64,000 nucleotides of DNA from a virus (Duplodnaviria; Heunggongvirae; Uroviricota; Caudoviricetes). The notes beneath the pieces were generated by a model that was given only the letters and a program-made list of their open reading frames with translations, was not told where the DNA came from and searched no databases. Location: positions 64,001 to 128,000 of IMG/VR virus record IMGVR_UViG_3300037466_002980; one strand, given 5' to 3'. A program made the position numbers and the translations under genes. Shown in pieces: positions 16,789 to 27,130 of the stretch. How positions within the stretch are numbered: the first letter of the stretch is position 1; each line of letters opens with the position of its first letter.

Positions 16789-18993
16789 TTATCCGGCGCA
16801 AGCTGCACAATTTTCTTCTGCTTTCACAACCGAATCTACTGTAGCGTTATTCTTGATTGCTCTAATGTAATAGATTGCCTTAATACCTTTCTCGTGAGCA
16901 TAATGAATTGCATCATATAGATCTCTGGCATTAAAGTCTTCTTTGCGCTGATCAAATATTAACTCCATAGAGCACCCCGTGTCAATGAACTTCTGCAGTT
17001 CCGAGACCACATCAATGATTTCTTTTGCTGTATGCTTAGGAAATGTCTTACCATAACCAATAGGATTTTCCTTAAGATATTTTGCAACAACAACAAGTTT
17101 TCCATTCTTATTATCTTCTGTGAAGAAAGATTCATAAACAGGTAATACACTTGCACTAGAATCCATATAGATTGAGGTACTTGTATTTGGAGCAGGACTT
17201 GTCAATTGACTGTTTCTAATTCCATATAAATCAATCTGTTCTTGTAGATGCTTCCAATCATATTTTCCAGAAGAATATAAAGCAAATTTAGCAACTCTTT
17301 CTCCATTCTTCCAATCAGAATTTTCATATGCCCCGAAACTACCAAAGCGTTTAGACAATTCCACACTAGATAATGCAGCGTGATATTCGATACATTCGGC
17401 GATTTCTCGAATATAATCAAGATCCCTAAAATTCATGTATTCCCTTGCTAGGTGATCATGTAAACCTTGAATACCAATACCGATAGTTCTATATCTATTA
17501 TTATGAGCTGCGGTAATTTCATCAGGTGGATTAGTAAGATTAATTCCATAATCAAGAATTTTAGCCGTTAGTCCCGAAATCTTACCTAGTTCTTTGAAAT
17601 CTTTAATATTACCAAGAACAATAGATGCAAGATTACATACGTGACCCAATTCATCTGGTTTCACATTAGAAAAGGATTCGGTACAGAGATTAACGCATGG
17701 AATTCCAATGTGGCCATTATCGTCATTTTTGTTAGGATTATATTCATTAATTGTATCGGTAAATGAAAGATAAGGCAATCCTGTTTCAAACTGAACTCTC
17801 ATCATTAATTTAGTGAGTTCTCGTGCGTTTTCAAATTTACGAATAATTTGTAACTTGCCTTCTTCGGCAGCTTCTTCGATTTTCAAATATGCTTCTGTAA
17901 ATTTTTCGCCATACAATCCTCGAACATCAATGCCTAATTTCTTTCTCACTTCAAAGGGACAGAATGTAATCCATTTTTCCTTATTCTTATCCCTTTCCAT
18001 AAAAATATCAGGCATTGTAACCTGTGGAAAAATATCATATGCCTTCATTCTTGGATCACCATGTTCGGTTTGCATATCTAAGAAATCTAAAATATCGTTG
18101 TGCCAAATTGGTAATGCAATTGTACCAGCACCGGCTCTCTTTCCGCCTTGGTTAACAGCAACGAGTGTATCATTTAGAATTTTAATCCATTGAACAATTG
18201 TTCCTGCCGCATTGGTATATCCATTAACATCGGAACCCTTAGCACGAAGATTACCAAGATAAATTCCAAGTCCACCACCGTTCTTAGAAATTAATGCCAC
18301 ACGTTTAACATTATCGAAAATACTATTAATATCGTCTTCAACGGCAATAATAAAACAAGAAGCAATATTTCCACCTTTGCGTAGATTAGCTAAGAATGGT
18401 GTGGCAAGTGAAATCTTTCTTTGAGAAAGTGCATTATAAACTTCTTTTACAAATTTAATTCTTGTTTCTGGGGGTTCGAATTGCCCAAAACGCATTGCAT
18501 TCACCATATGCATGTGTTGGTTTAATTCAAACTTTCCAAGATATTTTTTCTTTGCGGTAATTAGACTGGCATAACTATAATCCAAATCCCTGCTCATCTT
18601 TACCGCTGCACCTAATTCATCTAGGTCGGTTTCAGAATAATGAGTAAGAAGATCTTTTGTATAGAATCCTTTATTAACATTATATTGGACCACTTCCTTG
18701 AAAGACTTTCCACGAAGTGCAAAATTTGCCCATTCATCCATAGCCAGAGCTCTTCCAGCAACATTTACCCAATCGGGAGCAGCCGGTGTAGCCAATTGAA
18801 TTGCATGTTGTATTACATTTCTCTGAATATCTTTAGTCTTAATGCCATTTTTCAAAAACTGGTCAAATTTAGATTCCAATTCTAAGGGATTTACATCCTG
18901 TCCCTCTGCTGCCATTTGAATTGATTTTTTTATTTTTGCAACATCATACGGCTCCTTGGAACCATCTCTCTTTTCCACCATGATATCTTTCAT
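16789..18993 (-). CDS. nrdA: Ribonucleotide reductase class I alpha subunit with ATP cone
   Basis: VEKRDG ATP cone, ASCF, NLCTE, APNTSTS, YYIR and C-terminal CAAC. Confidence 0.96.
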   Translation of the reverse strand: MKDIMVEKRDGSKEPYDVAKIKKSIQMAAEGQDVNPLELESKFDQFLKNGIKTKDIQRNVIQHAIQLATPAAPDWVNVAGRALAMDEWANFALRGKSFKEVVQYNVNKGFYTKDLLTHYSETDLDELGAAVKMSRDLDYSYASLITAKKKYLGKFELNQHMHMVNAMRFGQFEPPETRIKFVKEVYNALSQRKISLATPFLANLRKGGNIASCFIIAVEDDINSIFDNVKRVALISKNGGGLGIYLGNLRAKGSDVNGYTNAAGTIVQWIKILNDTLVAVNQGGKRAGAGTIALPIWHNDILDFLDMQTEHGDPRMKAYDIFPQVTMPDIFMERDKNKEKWITFCPFEVRKKLGIDVRGLYGEKFTEAYLKIEEAAEEGKLQIIRKFENARELTKLMMRVQFETGLPYLSFTDTINEYNPNKNDDNGHIGIPCVNLCTESFSNVKPDELGHVCNLASIVLGNIKDFKELGKISGLTAKILDYGINLTNPPDEITAAHNNRYRTIGIGIQGLHDHLAREYMNFRDLDYIREIAECIEYHAALSSVELSKRFGSFGAYENSDWKNGERVAKFALYSSGKYDWKHLQEQIDLYGIRNSQLTSPAPNTSTSIYMDSSASVLPVYESFFTEDNKNGKLVVVAKYLKENPIGYGKTFPKHTAKEIIDVVSELQKFIDTGCSMELIFDQRKEDFNARDLYDAIHYAHEKGIKAIYYIRAIKNNATVDSVVKAEENCAACAG

Positions 18994-19014
18994 GAATCTA
19001 AATTCCTTTTTGGT

Positions 19015-19452
19015 TTATACTATAGACTTTATAGTATCTTGTGAATATCTTTTTAGTATTTTAAAACTTTTCTTTATCTCTGAATGTGTACTTACCTCTC
19101 CAAGGTGGTAATTTAAAACAAATGTATTATTCACCAATGGTAAGAGATAAATATCACCTTCATCATCTATGAGAAGCAATTCTAATTTCTTTTCATTCGG
19201 CATAAGTGAAAGAGTGTAAAAAATTAGAAGACTTATTGAACTACTACAGAAAGAACCATAGAATAATATCTCCCATGGCGTCGGCCAATTTTCCGAATTA
19301 TAATAATCTAAGGTTCTACTACCGATAGGCATACTTGAACAAAATTTAGCAATTTCATTCAGTTGGTCCTGTAATGGGAGTTCTTTTATTTTATCTCGAA
19401 ATTTCTTCCAGATAAGAAGCTTCTCTTCGTTAGGTATTGTATTCCAGAACAT
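19015..19452 (-). CDS. Hypothetical protein
   Basis: WPTPWEIL motif. Start moved to ATG 19452 to avoid overlapping the upstream gene. Confidence 0.6.
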   Translation of the reverse strand: MFWNTIPNEEKLLIWKKFRDKIKELPLQDQLNEIAKFCSSMPIGSRTLDYYNSENWPTPWEILFYGSFCSSSISLLIFYTLSLMPNEKKLELLLIDDEGDIYLLPLVNNTFVLNYHLGEVSTHSEIKKSFKILKRYSQDTIKSIV

Positions 19453-19465
19453 TCTTATCTTTTTC

Positions 19466-20098
19466 TTAAGCGAAGGTGGTCCATTTAATTGTACTTGTAT
19501 TGAAATACAATGTGGATCCATAATTGTGCTTATAATAGATTTCGATAAAATTTCCTGTTATATCATATTGTGCAATAAAATTTATTGACGAAGTAGGATA
19601 AATGCTTGCCTCTGTTCCTGTATCTGTTAAAGATACAGGATTAGGATTAGCAGATTGAATGGCTGTAATAGCCAATTCACCATTTTTCGAGAATCCTGCT
19701 CCAACGGCATTCCAATCTACTGATCCGGAATCAGAGACAGAATATAAAAAGCTGAAAAATGGTGTTGCCGAATAAGTTAATTCGGGAATTAATGTAAATG
19801 TTCCTTCCGGTGCCAAAGAAACAGTTAAAGGATTAAGGATAAAACCAGAGGTTGCTTCAGATATTTCAACATATTCACCGTTGATATTTCCAATAAAGAG
19901 TCTTCTTGAATCAGTACAGAATGCAAGTTCGCCCGACATCAAGACATTCGGGTAATTTGTTAGATTAAAACCTACAATACTACCGAATCCACCGGTTCCG
20001 GTGTATCCTGCTGGATATAAATTATCAAATTGGGCTTGTGTTCCTCTTCTGTTCTGTATTCTCGAAACAACAACTGGAGCTAACGTTGGCGATGTCAT
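19466..20098 (-). CDS. Virion structural protein, tail-fibre N-terminal-like
   Basis: SRIQNRRG...GELAFCTDSRRLFIGN; late motif at 20123-20130. Confidence 0.65.
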   Translation of the reverse strand: MTSPTLAPVVVSRIQNRRGTQAQFDNLYPAGYTGTGGFGSIVGFNLTNYPNVLMSGELAFCTDSRRLFIGNINGEYVEISEATSGFILNPLTVSLAPEGTFTLIPELTYSATPFFSFLYSVSDSGSVDWNAVGAGFSKNGELAITAIQSANPNPVSLTDTGTEASIYPTSSINFIAQYDITGNFIEIYYKHNYGSTLYFNTSTIKWTTFA

Positions 20099-20121
20099 TA
20101 GACTTTATTCCTTATAATCTA

Positions 20122-20790
20122 TTATTTATCGTTAGAATATAATTTATAATATTTTTCTAAGGAGGTTAACCAAATACTAATACATTGATCGAATTCTTTA
20201 CCTTCGAACACAAATTCCTGATATTTTGCATCTCTAGTGGCAATCATAATTACACCACGCTTTATATCTGTTCCAAACATTTCATTATGAGCCAATGCAT
20301 AGGCTGCAATCTGCGCACGATAGTCATCAATCCATTCTTTTTTCTTTTCTCTTAAACTATTCTTAAAGTCAATAATAGCTGGCTCGCCATTATGTATTCC
20401 AATCAAATCAGTAGAACCTGCATATAGATCTTTTGAATATAAGGAAACTTCAGAACCCCAAACTTCTTCTATGTTTGTAAGTCCATTATTAATAATTACC
20501 TTCGCCAATGTCTGTGCCATATAGGAACCAGTAAGAGATTCTCCGAGAATATGCCTTTCAAGATTTTTGTGCATACCAGAACCAAGTGTACTGGCCTCCA
20601 CTTTAATCTTTTCAGCCTGTTCTTCTCCTACTTTCTTTTTCCAGGCATTCAGATGAGTCATGTCTTTGGTTTTAGAAAGGATAGTTGTGACCGATGGCAA
20701 TGCTCTTCCCTCTCCAACGATATAACGTCGGCCTTCGGGTGACTCAACACGCTCTAATGGTTTATAATCAAATTTCTTATTTATAATCAT
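20122..20790 (-). CDS. PD-(D/E)XK exonuclease
   Basis: PSVTTIL, G.GMH, YAGSTD, IIDFKN and QIAAY. Confidence 0.88.
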   Translation of the reverse strand: MIINKKFDYKPLERVESPEGRRYIVGEGRALPSVTTILSKTKDMTHLNAWKKKVGEEQAEKIKVEASTLGSGMHKNLERHILGESLTGSYMAQTLAKVIINNGLTNIEEVWGSEVSLYSKDLYAGSTDLIGIHNGEPAIIDFKNSLREKKKEWIDDYRAQIAAYALAHNEMFGTDIKRGVIMIATRDAKYQEFVFEGKEFDQCISIWLTSLEKYYKLYSNDK

Positions 20791-20795
20791 AATTG

Positions 20796-20824
20796 ATTAT
20801 AACATTTCGGTTTTCAGAGGTCAA
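20796..20824 (-). promoter_or_regulatory. sigma70-like promoter, probably giving a leaderless transcript
   Basis: TTGACC-17 nt-TATAAT, 5 nt before the ATG. Confidence 0.75.
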
Positions 20825-20825
20825 T

Positions 20826-22010
20826 CTACCAACACACTTTCCATTGAATTGTGCTGCCTGTTTGCGGATTAGATTGTATTTGAATTGTGTAATTCAAGTT
20901 TTGAAAATAAGACAATACTTGATTTAACTGAAGCTGAATTGCTTTATTGGTAACTGTACCAGCCCAAACTTGCCAATAAAGTGATGGGGTAGTTCCGTAT
21001 GTATTTGTTGAAATATTCACAGTCACTACAGCTTGGGAAGTTGGTGGATTTGGCAATGTGGCAGTTGATGGATTAAACACTGTCCCAGTAATAGGAGTAA
21101 CATAATTCGATCCTGATTTATTCACAGCTATCGAAGAAACTGATGTACCTGTTAAATTTACTGTTGTATCTGCTCCAGAACCTGGATTTGAAATAACAAG
21201 AAATGGTGAAACGTCAGCATAACCTGCACCACTGTTATTAACTACCACTTGTGTAATTACACCACTATTATCAGTAAGAACAGTTGCTTGAAAACCACTA
21301 CCAACAGGATATGGTAATGCATTATTAAGAGATGATACAATTTCAACTTGAGCAACACTTGGTTGATAACCCGAACCTGGATTTAAAATAGCGACTGCAA
21401 GAATATCCCCTGATATACCGACTGAAGTAATTTTAAATGTTGCATCAACATAATTTATATTCGGGAGAACTGCCCTCGTAGCGGTCACAGTATCATTGAT
21501 TGTATATCCGGAACCGGCATTAGCGATATTTATGTTAACAATAGCTCCGATTGAATCTACCAACGGTTGCAATACAGCGCCAGTTCCGCCAAGTGAAGTA
21601 ACAGACATTGTTGAATTAACTGGTTGATAGCCAGTTCCGCCAGCGGTCATATTAATAGAAAGAATTGCTCCACCATTTGTAGTAGCTGTGGCTGTAGCAC
21701 CGGATCCCGATGATCCATTTGGTGGAATAAACTTAACTGCAGGTGTATCCTTATAGTATCCAGAACCGCCATTAACAACGGTAACTGAAGTTACACCAGA
21801 AACAAAAGTCATAGGTGTTGTTCCGCCGACGGTAGTACACATCTGTCCGCCGCTAGGCGAACATTGACTGGATGCGGCTAAAATTGCTTGTTGAATTGCG
21901 CAAATTTCTTCCCACACAACTGGAAGATTAGTTGCCAATGTTTCCATTGTAGAAGCATTAGGAAATGAAGAAGAAGGAATTGATGCTGATGTTGATGAAT
22001 TGCAAGACAT
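20826..22010 (-). CDS. Virion structural protein with repeated beta modules
   Basis: About six copies of (V/I)-x-(V/I)-x-N-x-G-(S/T/A)-(G/N)-Y; Ser/Thr/Gly rich. Confidence 0.7.
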   Translation of the reverse strand: MSCNSSTSASIPSSSFPNASTMETLATNLPVVWEEICAIQQAILAASSQCSPSGGQMCTTVGGTTPMTFVSGVTSVTVVNGGSGYYKDTPAVKFIPPNGSSGSGATATATTNGGAILSINMTAGGTGYQPVNSTMSVTSLGGTGAVLQPLVDSIGAIVNINIANAGSGYTINDTVTATRAVLPNINYVDATFKITSVGISGDILAVAILNPGSGYQPSVAQVEIVSSLNNALPYPVGSGFQATVLTDNSGVITQVVVNNSGAGYADVSPFLVISNPGSGADTTVNLTGTSVSSIAVNKSGSNYVTPITGTVFNPSTATLPNPPTSQAVVTVNISTNTYGTTPSLYWQVWAGTVTNKAIQLQLNQVLSYFQNLNYTIQIQSNPQTGSTIQWKVCW

Positions 22011-22330
22011 TATTTCACCTGTTTCTGAGTTGCTTGTTGGGCCATATCGGATACTCTACTAGCACTATCCTCTCCATCCATTCCATCTGTACCTTCCTGA
22101 TTTGTTAAAGAAATCATTTCGGGCGTAACATTAGCAATTGATGGATCATTGCTTAATAATGGAATTAAGCTATTCACATCAATAGAATAACCCATGCTTT
22201 GCAATTGGGTTATTAAATCGTTTGTATTAATTTCAGAAGCACCAGAACCTTTTGCACCTATCAAAATATTCTGTAAATCTGATTGGAGGCTTTGGTTATA
22301 GTCTTCTTTGAGAATTTCCCATGCTCTCAT
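22010..22330 (-). CDS. Hypothetical head-associated protein
   Basis: 106 aa; N-terminus MRAWEILKE. Confidence 0.65.
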   Translation of the reverse strand: MRAWEILKEDYNQSLQSDLQNILIGAKGSGASEINTNDLITQLQSMGYSIDVNSLIPLLSNDPSIANVTPEMISLTNQEGTDGMDGEDSASRVSDMAQQATQKQVK

Positions 22331-23634
22331 CAGGCTTTCTTGCTTTCCTTAATTTTTCTTGCTCTTTCGACAAGGTTTTTCATTTCAGTAACCTTTCTCT
22401 GCAAGCGTTCAACTGATTCTGATTTCATTGCACGACCAAGTGGTTCTTCGGTTTCTGCACCGCCAAATTCATCCTCGCCACCTAATTCGTCATCAATATT
22501 ATCTAAATCAAGTTCAGGTTCATCCATCGGCATATCATCGCCAACAACACCTAAATCACCATCGAGTCCCTTATCCATATCGATTTCAGCACCAATGTGT
22601 CCTGTTTCGGCTAGATTAGAAACAGCATCATCGACCTGGCTCTTAGCAGTATATAATGCATCCATCACACCTTGAAGAGCACCATAGATTTGAGTTTGGA
22701 ATGCAGAAGAAGATTCTGAACCGTATGTTTCTCTCATTTGATCGACAACAGGTGGAAGATCTTCGTTTTGTAAACGTCCAATCTTTTCAACCATTTCTTG
22801 AAGTTCTTGAGCAAATCCTTTTGCGGCCATCATAACTTCTGCCTGGCTAACTTCCGTTTCAAGTAAACGACGAAGATTCTTAACTAAATTAGCATGTTCT
22901 TTCATGATATTTGATTTGGCTTCTTCGATACTTTCGTCGCCATCAACTTCTTTCTTTTCAACAAGACCAGCTGCGGCTGCCTGTTTATTTAATTCAGCTG
23001 TTTTTCGCATTAATTCTTTTTTCATCATCGGATCTCTTGCTGTTTCGGGATCCATTTGAATTCTTTGTAATTCTTTTCTTTTTGCAAGATATTCGTCGCG
23101 TGTCATTATTGGACTTTCCTTAAATTCATTAATATGAAAACTATCAGTTATAACAGGCTCTTCAGAAGAAATAGGTGAATGAATTCTAGACATTGCTTCT
23201 TGTCTAACCTTCTGCTCAATTAATTCATCTGGAAAACGATATTTACTCGAACGGTAATGTTTCATACCATCTCTTAAACATTCTTCAAAATCTTGATGAG
23301 TTGTTCCAGATAATCTAAAACAATCTGCTACATAATCCGATAGGCCATTAACTACCTTATCGAGGTCTGGAGATTGAAGCTGTAAAATTGCAAATTCTCT
23401 CAGAGTTTTCATTCCCTCGAGAACTAAAAGTCTCTTGGAAATTTCTGGAGATGTTTTGGAATCTTCGCCTTTAACTTTTAATTCAATGATTTCGCCTTCA
23501 ATCTGTTCCATAATAGAAACAAGATCTTTATCGCTCACATCTTCATAAATTTTAAAACCATAATTAGTTTCTAAATACTGATTAATTCTATTAAACCTTG
23601 TATTTGGAGACTTACCAATATCGTTCAAGAGCAT
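22330..23634 (-). CDS. Acidic coiled-coil protein, candidate prohead core/scaffold
   Basis: 434 aa, Glu-rich and helical with an acidic low-complexity tail; late motif at 23664-23671. Confidence 0.55.
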   Translation of the reverse strand: MLLNDIGKSPNTRFNRINQYLETNYGFKIYEDVSDKDLVSIMEQIEGEIIELKVKGEDSKTSPEISKRLLVLEGMKTLREFAILQLQSPDLDKVVNGLSDYVADCFRLSGTTHQDFEECLRDGMKHYRSSKYRFPDELIEQKVRQEAMSRIHSPISSEEPVITDSFHINEFKESPIMTRDEYLAKRKELQRIQMDPETARDPMMKKELMRKTAELNKQAAAAGLVEKKEVDGDESIEEAKSNIMKEHANLVKNLRRLLETEVSQAEVMMAAKGFAQELQEMVEKIGRLQNEDLPPVVDQMRETYGSESSSAFQTQIYGALQGVMDALYTAKSQVDDAVSNLAETGHIGAEIDMDKGLDGDLGVVGDDMPMDEPELDLDNIDDELGGEDEFGGAETEEPLGRAMKSESVERLQRKVTEMKNLVERARKIKESKKA

Positions 23635-23681
23635 ATACCGTTCCTGTTAAATCTTATTTCTAGTATTTATCATTCTAACTA

Positions 23682-24131
23682 TTATTTCGTTCTCTTGTAA
23701 GAACTGATCTTTTCTTTGATCGAACGAGCAAGCAATTCTGTTGTTTGAAATTTATCCTCAAGAATTAATAATCTCTCATCGTCATTCTTTTTCTTGGCTG
23801 TCTTCATACAATTAAGATAATGAATCATATCATTATGATATTTTGAATATTTTTCTTCAAGATAAAGAATTTTTCTAACTATAGATTTTTCACCCATTGA
23901 ATGTTGCTGAGCCAGAATAATAGCAATTTCGAAATTAACTATATTCTCGAAAATAGGTGTTTTATTAACTGAATAAACATCATAAAATCCATTAGAATTT
24001 TTCTGAACAAATAGATTTCCAACTAACATCGAATTTTTCGATAAAGGAATAGGATAGCTACTTTGAATTACATAAGTAACTGCCCTATCGGTAGCCTGAT
24101 CTAATGATTTTATAAGTTCAACCTTATTCAT
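23682..24131 (-). CDS. Hypothetical protein
   Basis: 149-aa ORF with ATGA coupling. Confidence 0.65.
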   Translation of the reverse strand: MNKVELIKSLDQATDRAVTYVIQSSYPIPLSKNSMLVGNLFVQKNSNGFYDVYSVNKTPIFENIVNFEIAIILAQQHSMGEKSIVRKILYLEEKYSKYHNDMIHYLNCMKTAKKKNDDERLLILEDKFQTTELLARSIKEKISSYKRTK

Positions 24132-24904
24132 TTTCTCTTCACATTTCTTCTATTTGCAGTCTTTAATCCTGTTGCGGCAAGATTAGCCGATAATGCACCA
24201 GTGGCTTGATTTGGCTTTGTATCTCCTGCAACAGTTTTAGCAACAGTTGGTGTATATTCTTTCTTTAAGAGTCCCTCTTCAGTTGGTTCTCTTTTTTTCA
24301 TTTTTCCCAGTGCTGTTGGTGCTACAGCTATTCCGCCGGCACCTGTTGCTCCGGCACTGCAGGTTTCTTGAATTCCAGCTAATTCTTTTAATCTCTGTAA
24401 TTCTTCATCTTCCGATACAGTTTGTTCTGGTTGATTTTGTCCTGGTTGATTTTGTCCCGGTGTTGCACCTGCCGCAAAAGGTTGAAGGCTATCTATATCC
24501 ATCCACTGATCCTTTCCTGTGGAGGGATTCTTGATCTTAGAACCATTGGCCGAAATATCAACTTGTGATACTTCACCCGGCATTGGTACCCCGTTAGGTC
24601 CTGCTAATCCAACTACCATTCCTTGTTGTAAAGGCGTTCCTTTTCCTGCCCACGAATTTATTGTTTGAGGTGATTTAGCAGCTGGCTGACTATTGCTAGG
24701 TTGTGATGTTGGTTGAGTTGTTGGAGCAATAGTCTGCCCAGATGGAGGTGTTACAATGCCAGCTTCTGTTAAATTATAATATTCAGCAAATGACATAGTT
24801 GATATTTTTTCTTTAACTTCGTCTATATTCATTCCGCTAGATTCTGATAATTCTTGAAGGAAATTCTGATATAATGTCCATGACGCTCTTGATTTATTTT
24901 TCAT
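24128..24904 (-). CDS. Hypothetical head-associated protein
   Basis: Start moved to ATG 24904 (ATGA overlap); contains ELQRLKELAGI. Confidence 0.65.
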   Translation of the reverse strand: MKNKSRASWTLYQNFLQELSESSGMNIDEVKEKISTMSFAEYYNLTEAGIVTPPSGQTIAPTTQPTSQPSNSQPAAKSPQTINSWAGKGTPLQQGMVVGLAGPNGVPMPGEVSQVDISANGSKIKNPSTGKDQWMDIDSLQPFAAGATPGQNQPGQNQPEQTVSEDEELQRLKELAGIQETCSAGATGAGGIAVAPTALGKMKKREPTEEGLLKKEYTPTVAKTVAGDTKPNQATGALSANLAATGLKTANRRNVKRK

Positions 24905-25401
24905 ATTGTATCTATCCTTGAAAAGCTCACATTTTGTGCCCACCCACTTGGACTTCCTGTAACAGTTGTAATTCTAACACCACTCGGAATAATCACACCA
25001 TCTAGATCATCAATTAATAATCCGACAGGTCCGGGAGTACCATACGGGGTGAAATTATAAAATTGAACCCCTCTTTCTACAGCGAATTTCCAAATGAATC
25101 CTTCACCTGATAATTCCGAAGTATAATCTGATAGCTGAACGACAGGAATTGGATCTTGAAGGACTACCGGCATGGCTCGTAATCCGATGCTCATCAAGAA
25201 TACTTCAAAATTCTTTTGACTTTCGTCTAATGGATTTCCTGTTACCTGAATATTAACTAATCTTGTTAATTCTTCATTTACCGGAGGATTTGGATTAGGA
25301 TCAGTAAAGCACAATGGAGAAGAAGCATAGCAGACGTAATACTGCAAATCGGCCGTTAAATTCTGCATTGCAGAAGCTGCACCATGAACTTTTGTAACCA
25401 T
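24901..25401 (-). CDS. Putative virion structural protein (MxxxVxG family, copy 3)
   Basis: Start moved to MVTKVHGAA behind AAGGGT; late motif at 25459-25466. Confidence 0.65.
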   Translation of the reverse strand: MVTKVHGAASAMQNLTADLQYYVCYASSPLCFTDPNPNPPVNEELTRLVNIQVTGNPLDESQKNFEVFLMSIGLRAMPVVLQDPIPVVQLSDYTSELSGEGFIWKFAVERGVQFYNFTPYGTPGPVGLLIDDLDGVIIPSGVRITTVTGSPSGWAQNVSFSRIDTI

Positions 25402-25485
25402 AGATACCCTTTTTCTAATCCTATTTACCAACAGTAAATAAGTTCTATCAATTTTCTATATTTATCAATATTTTGAGTTCTTAGA

Positions 25486-25513
25486 TAAAAAGAAAGCACC
25501 CGAAGGTGCTTCT
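25486..25513 (-). terminator. Intrinsic terminator with C(UUCG)G loop
   Basis: AAGCACC-TTCG-GGTGCTT-TCTTTTT. Confidence 0.85.
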
Positions 25514-25533
25514 TCTTTAATATCAATAGCTTA

Positions 25534-26109
25534 TTAGGCCAAGGTATAATATGTTAATGATCCAAGGGAGAATGATACTTCAGTTACCGTTGCTGTGCTG
25601 AAATTTGCTGTTGCAGTTACAGGAGCAGTAGTTGGACTAGGCGCACCACCAACTGAAACATACACGGTTACGCTACCTAATGCACGAATTGCTGTTTGCA
25701 TTTCGGTTGCAGCATGTGTTGGTGTTGTTGGTAATTGATCTTCATCAGCATTTGCTGGTGCTGTATTGTAATCTGGATAATCAGATCCCCAACCAAAACT
25801 TGAAGCTGAAACTGCAATATCAATTTCCGTTGTATTTCCGGCTAATGACGGAGCAAGTCCAATTAATACAATATCCGCTTGTTTACTTACTTCTCTTAAT
25901 GCAAGTTCGGCAGCACTTAACGGAACCGGATCACCACTGCCTACCACAAAATAAGTAGTTGCAGGTGTTGCGCCACCTGTGACGCTAACTGGTAAATTTA
26001 CAGTACCATCAGAAACTGTCCATGCAAAAGGTCCCACAATTTTAAAGAACCTCATACCACCAGTTAATGTCTGTTGATTTATAATACCACCATTTACTCG
26101 AATTGTCAT
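25534..26109 (-). CDS. Putative virion structural protein (MxxxVxG family, copy 2)
   Basis: MTIRVNGG; Thr/Ala rich; late motif at 26142-26149. Confidence 0.7.
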   Translation of the reverse strand: MTIRVNGGIINQQTLTGGMRFFKIVGPFAWTVSDGTVNLPVSVTGGATPATTYFVVGSGDPVPLSAAELALREVSKQADIVLIGLAPSLAGNTTEIDIAVSASSFGWGSDYPDYNTAPANADEDQLPTTPTHAATEMQTAIRALGSVTVYVSVGGAPSPTTAPVTATANFSTATVTEVSFSLGSLTYYTLA

Positions 26110-26170
26110 AATTTGTTTCTCTCAAAAGAATAGTTCGAATATATTTATCAATATTTGTTTAATTACAAAT

Positions 26171-26198
26171 AATAAAAGGGACCGAAGTCCCTTTTATT
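26171..26198 (-). terminator. Intrinsic terminator with C(UUCG)G loop
   Basis: AATAAAAGGGAC-TTCG-GTCCCTTTTATT. Confidence 0.88.
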
Positions 26199-26216
26199 GT
26201 TAGGATTAATCCTAAA

Positions 26217-26804
26217 TTAGGCAGAAGCCAATTCAGTTGGGTAATAACCCGAGGAACCCATTGGGTTAGTAGCAGTACCAGGACCGTTACCATCAGCCCA
26301 AAGGTCAAGATCACCGTTACCATATGTAGCAACTGACATCTTACCGTCAAATGCAGCAAACTTCATATCGAAGGTAACTGCGCTTGGCTTAACTGTAACT
26401 AATGCACCAAGAACGTTTGTTGGTGCTGCGCCAGCTGTTGTGACAACCGCTTCTGCGTTTGAAACTGCATTACCTGTAGAGATAATACCGTTTACATCAG
26501 AAATCCAACCTTGTGCAAAACCTAACATAACATCAACGCTATACGAAGACGAATCGTATTTGGAAACGCCAAGAACTGTAGATTTTGTTTCGAGTATCTT
26601 AAGAGCTTGAACTAAAGCACTTTCAACAACGCCGAAAGTAGAATCGGCAACTGTTCCAGCACCTGCGGCAGTTGTAGTTCCGAGAACGTACAAATCGGTT
26701 GCTGCAAGAGCAGAAATATCCTTACTGAAAACAAGTTTAACAAAAGCTACTTGCTTTTCGACCCAAATGCCTTGGTAGGCTGCGCCATTAACTTTTTGTG
26801 TCAT
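26217..26804 (-). CDS. Putative virion structural protein (MxxxVxG family, copy 1)
   Basis: MTQKVNGAA; strong AAGGAG RBS; late motif at 26852-26859. Confidence 0.7.
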   Translation of the reverse strand: MTQKVNGAAYQGIWVEKQVAFVKLVFSKDISALAATDLYVLGTTTAAGAGTVADSTFGVVESALVQALKILETKSTVLGVSKYDSSSYSVDVMLGFAQGWISDVNGIISTGNAVSNAEAVVTTAGAAPTNVLGALVTVKPSAVTFDMKFAAFDGKMSVATYGNGDLDLWADGNGPGTATNPMGSSGYYPTELASA

Positions 26805-26895
26805 TTTAAAAATCTCCTTAATCTTTGACAGGATTCACCTGTTCATAATTTTATTTATCAGAATTGGAAAAATAATGACTAATTTCTGCCGATTT

Positions 26896-27114
26896 TCAAT
26901 CAATTAAATCGTTAAGGCTGAGATTGATTTGTTTGAGTAAATTATCAAAATGTTTTCTTTGTTTCATTCCTTGTTTCCAAGATTTGATAATTTGATTTTT
27001 AATTCTAGTAGAATTAATATCGGAACCTGTATCAGTCTTAAGTCTACTAAGAAGCTTAAGATATTGACTTGATTTTAAGACATCATTCAATGACACAAAT
27101 TCATCTAAACGCAT
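26896..27114 (-). CDS. Small hypothetical late protein
   Basis: MRLDEF N-terminus; late motif at 27132-27139. Confidence 0.6.
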   Translation of the reverse strand: MRLDEFVSLNDVLKSSQYLKLLSRLKTDTGSDINSTRIKNQIIKSWKQGMKQRKHFDNLLKQINLSLNDLID

Positions 27115-27130
27115 ATCGGTTCCAAAATAC

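Noticed and set aside
20122-20790. Cas4 / CRISPR adaptation gene
   Set aside because: It lacks the Fe-S cysteine cluster and has no cas neighbours, so it is an ordinary phage PD-(D/E)XK exonuclease.
24427-24456. 15-nt tandem repeat
   Set aside because: Only two copies, encoding a GQNQP linker within a CDS.
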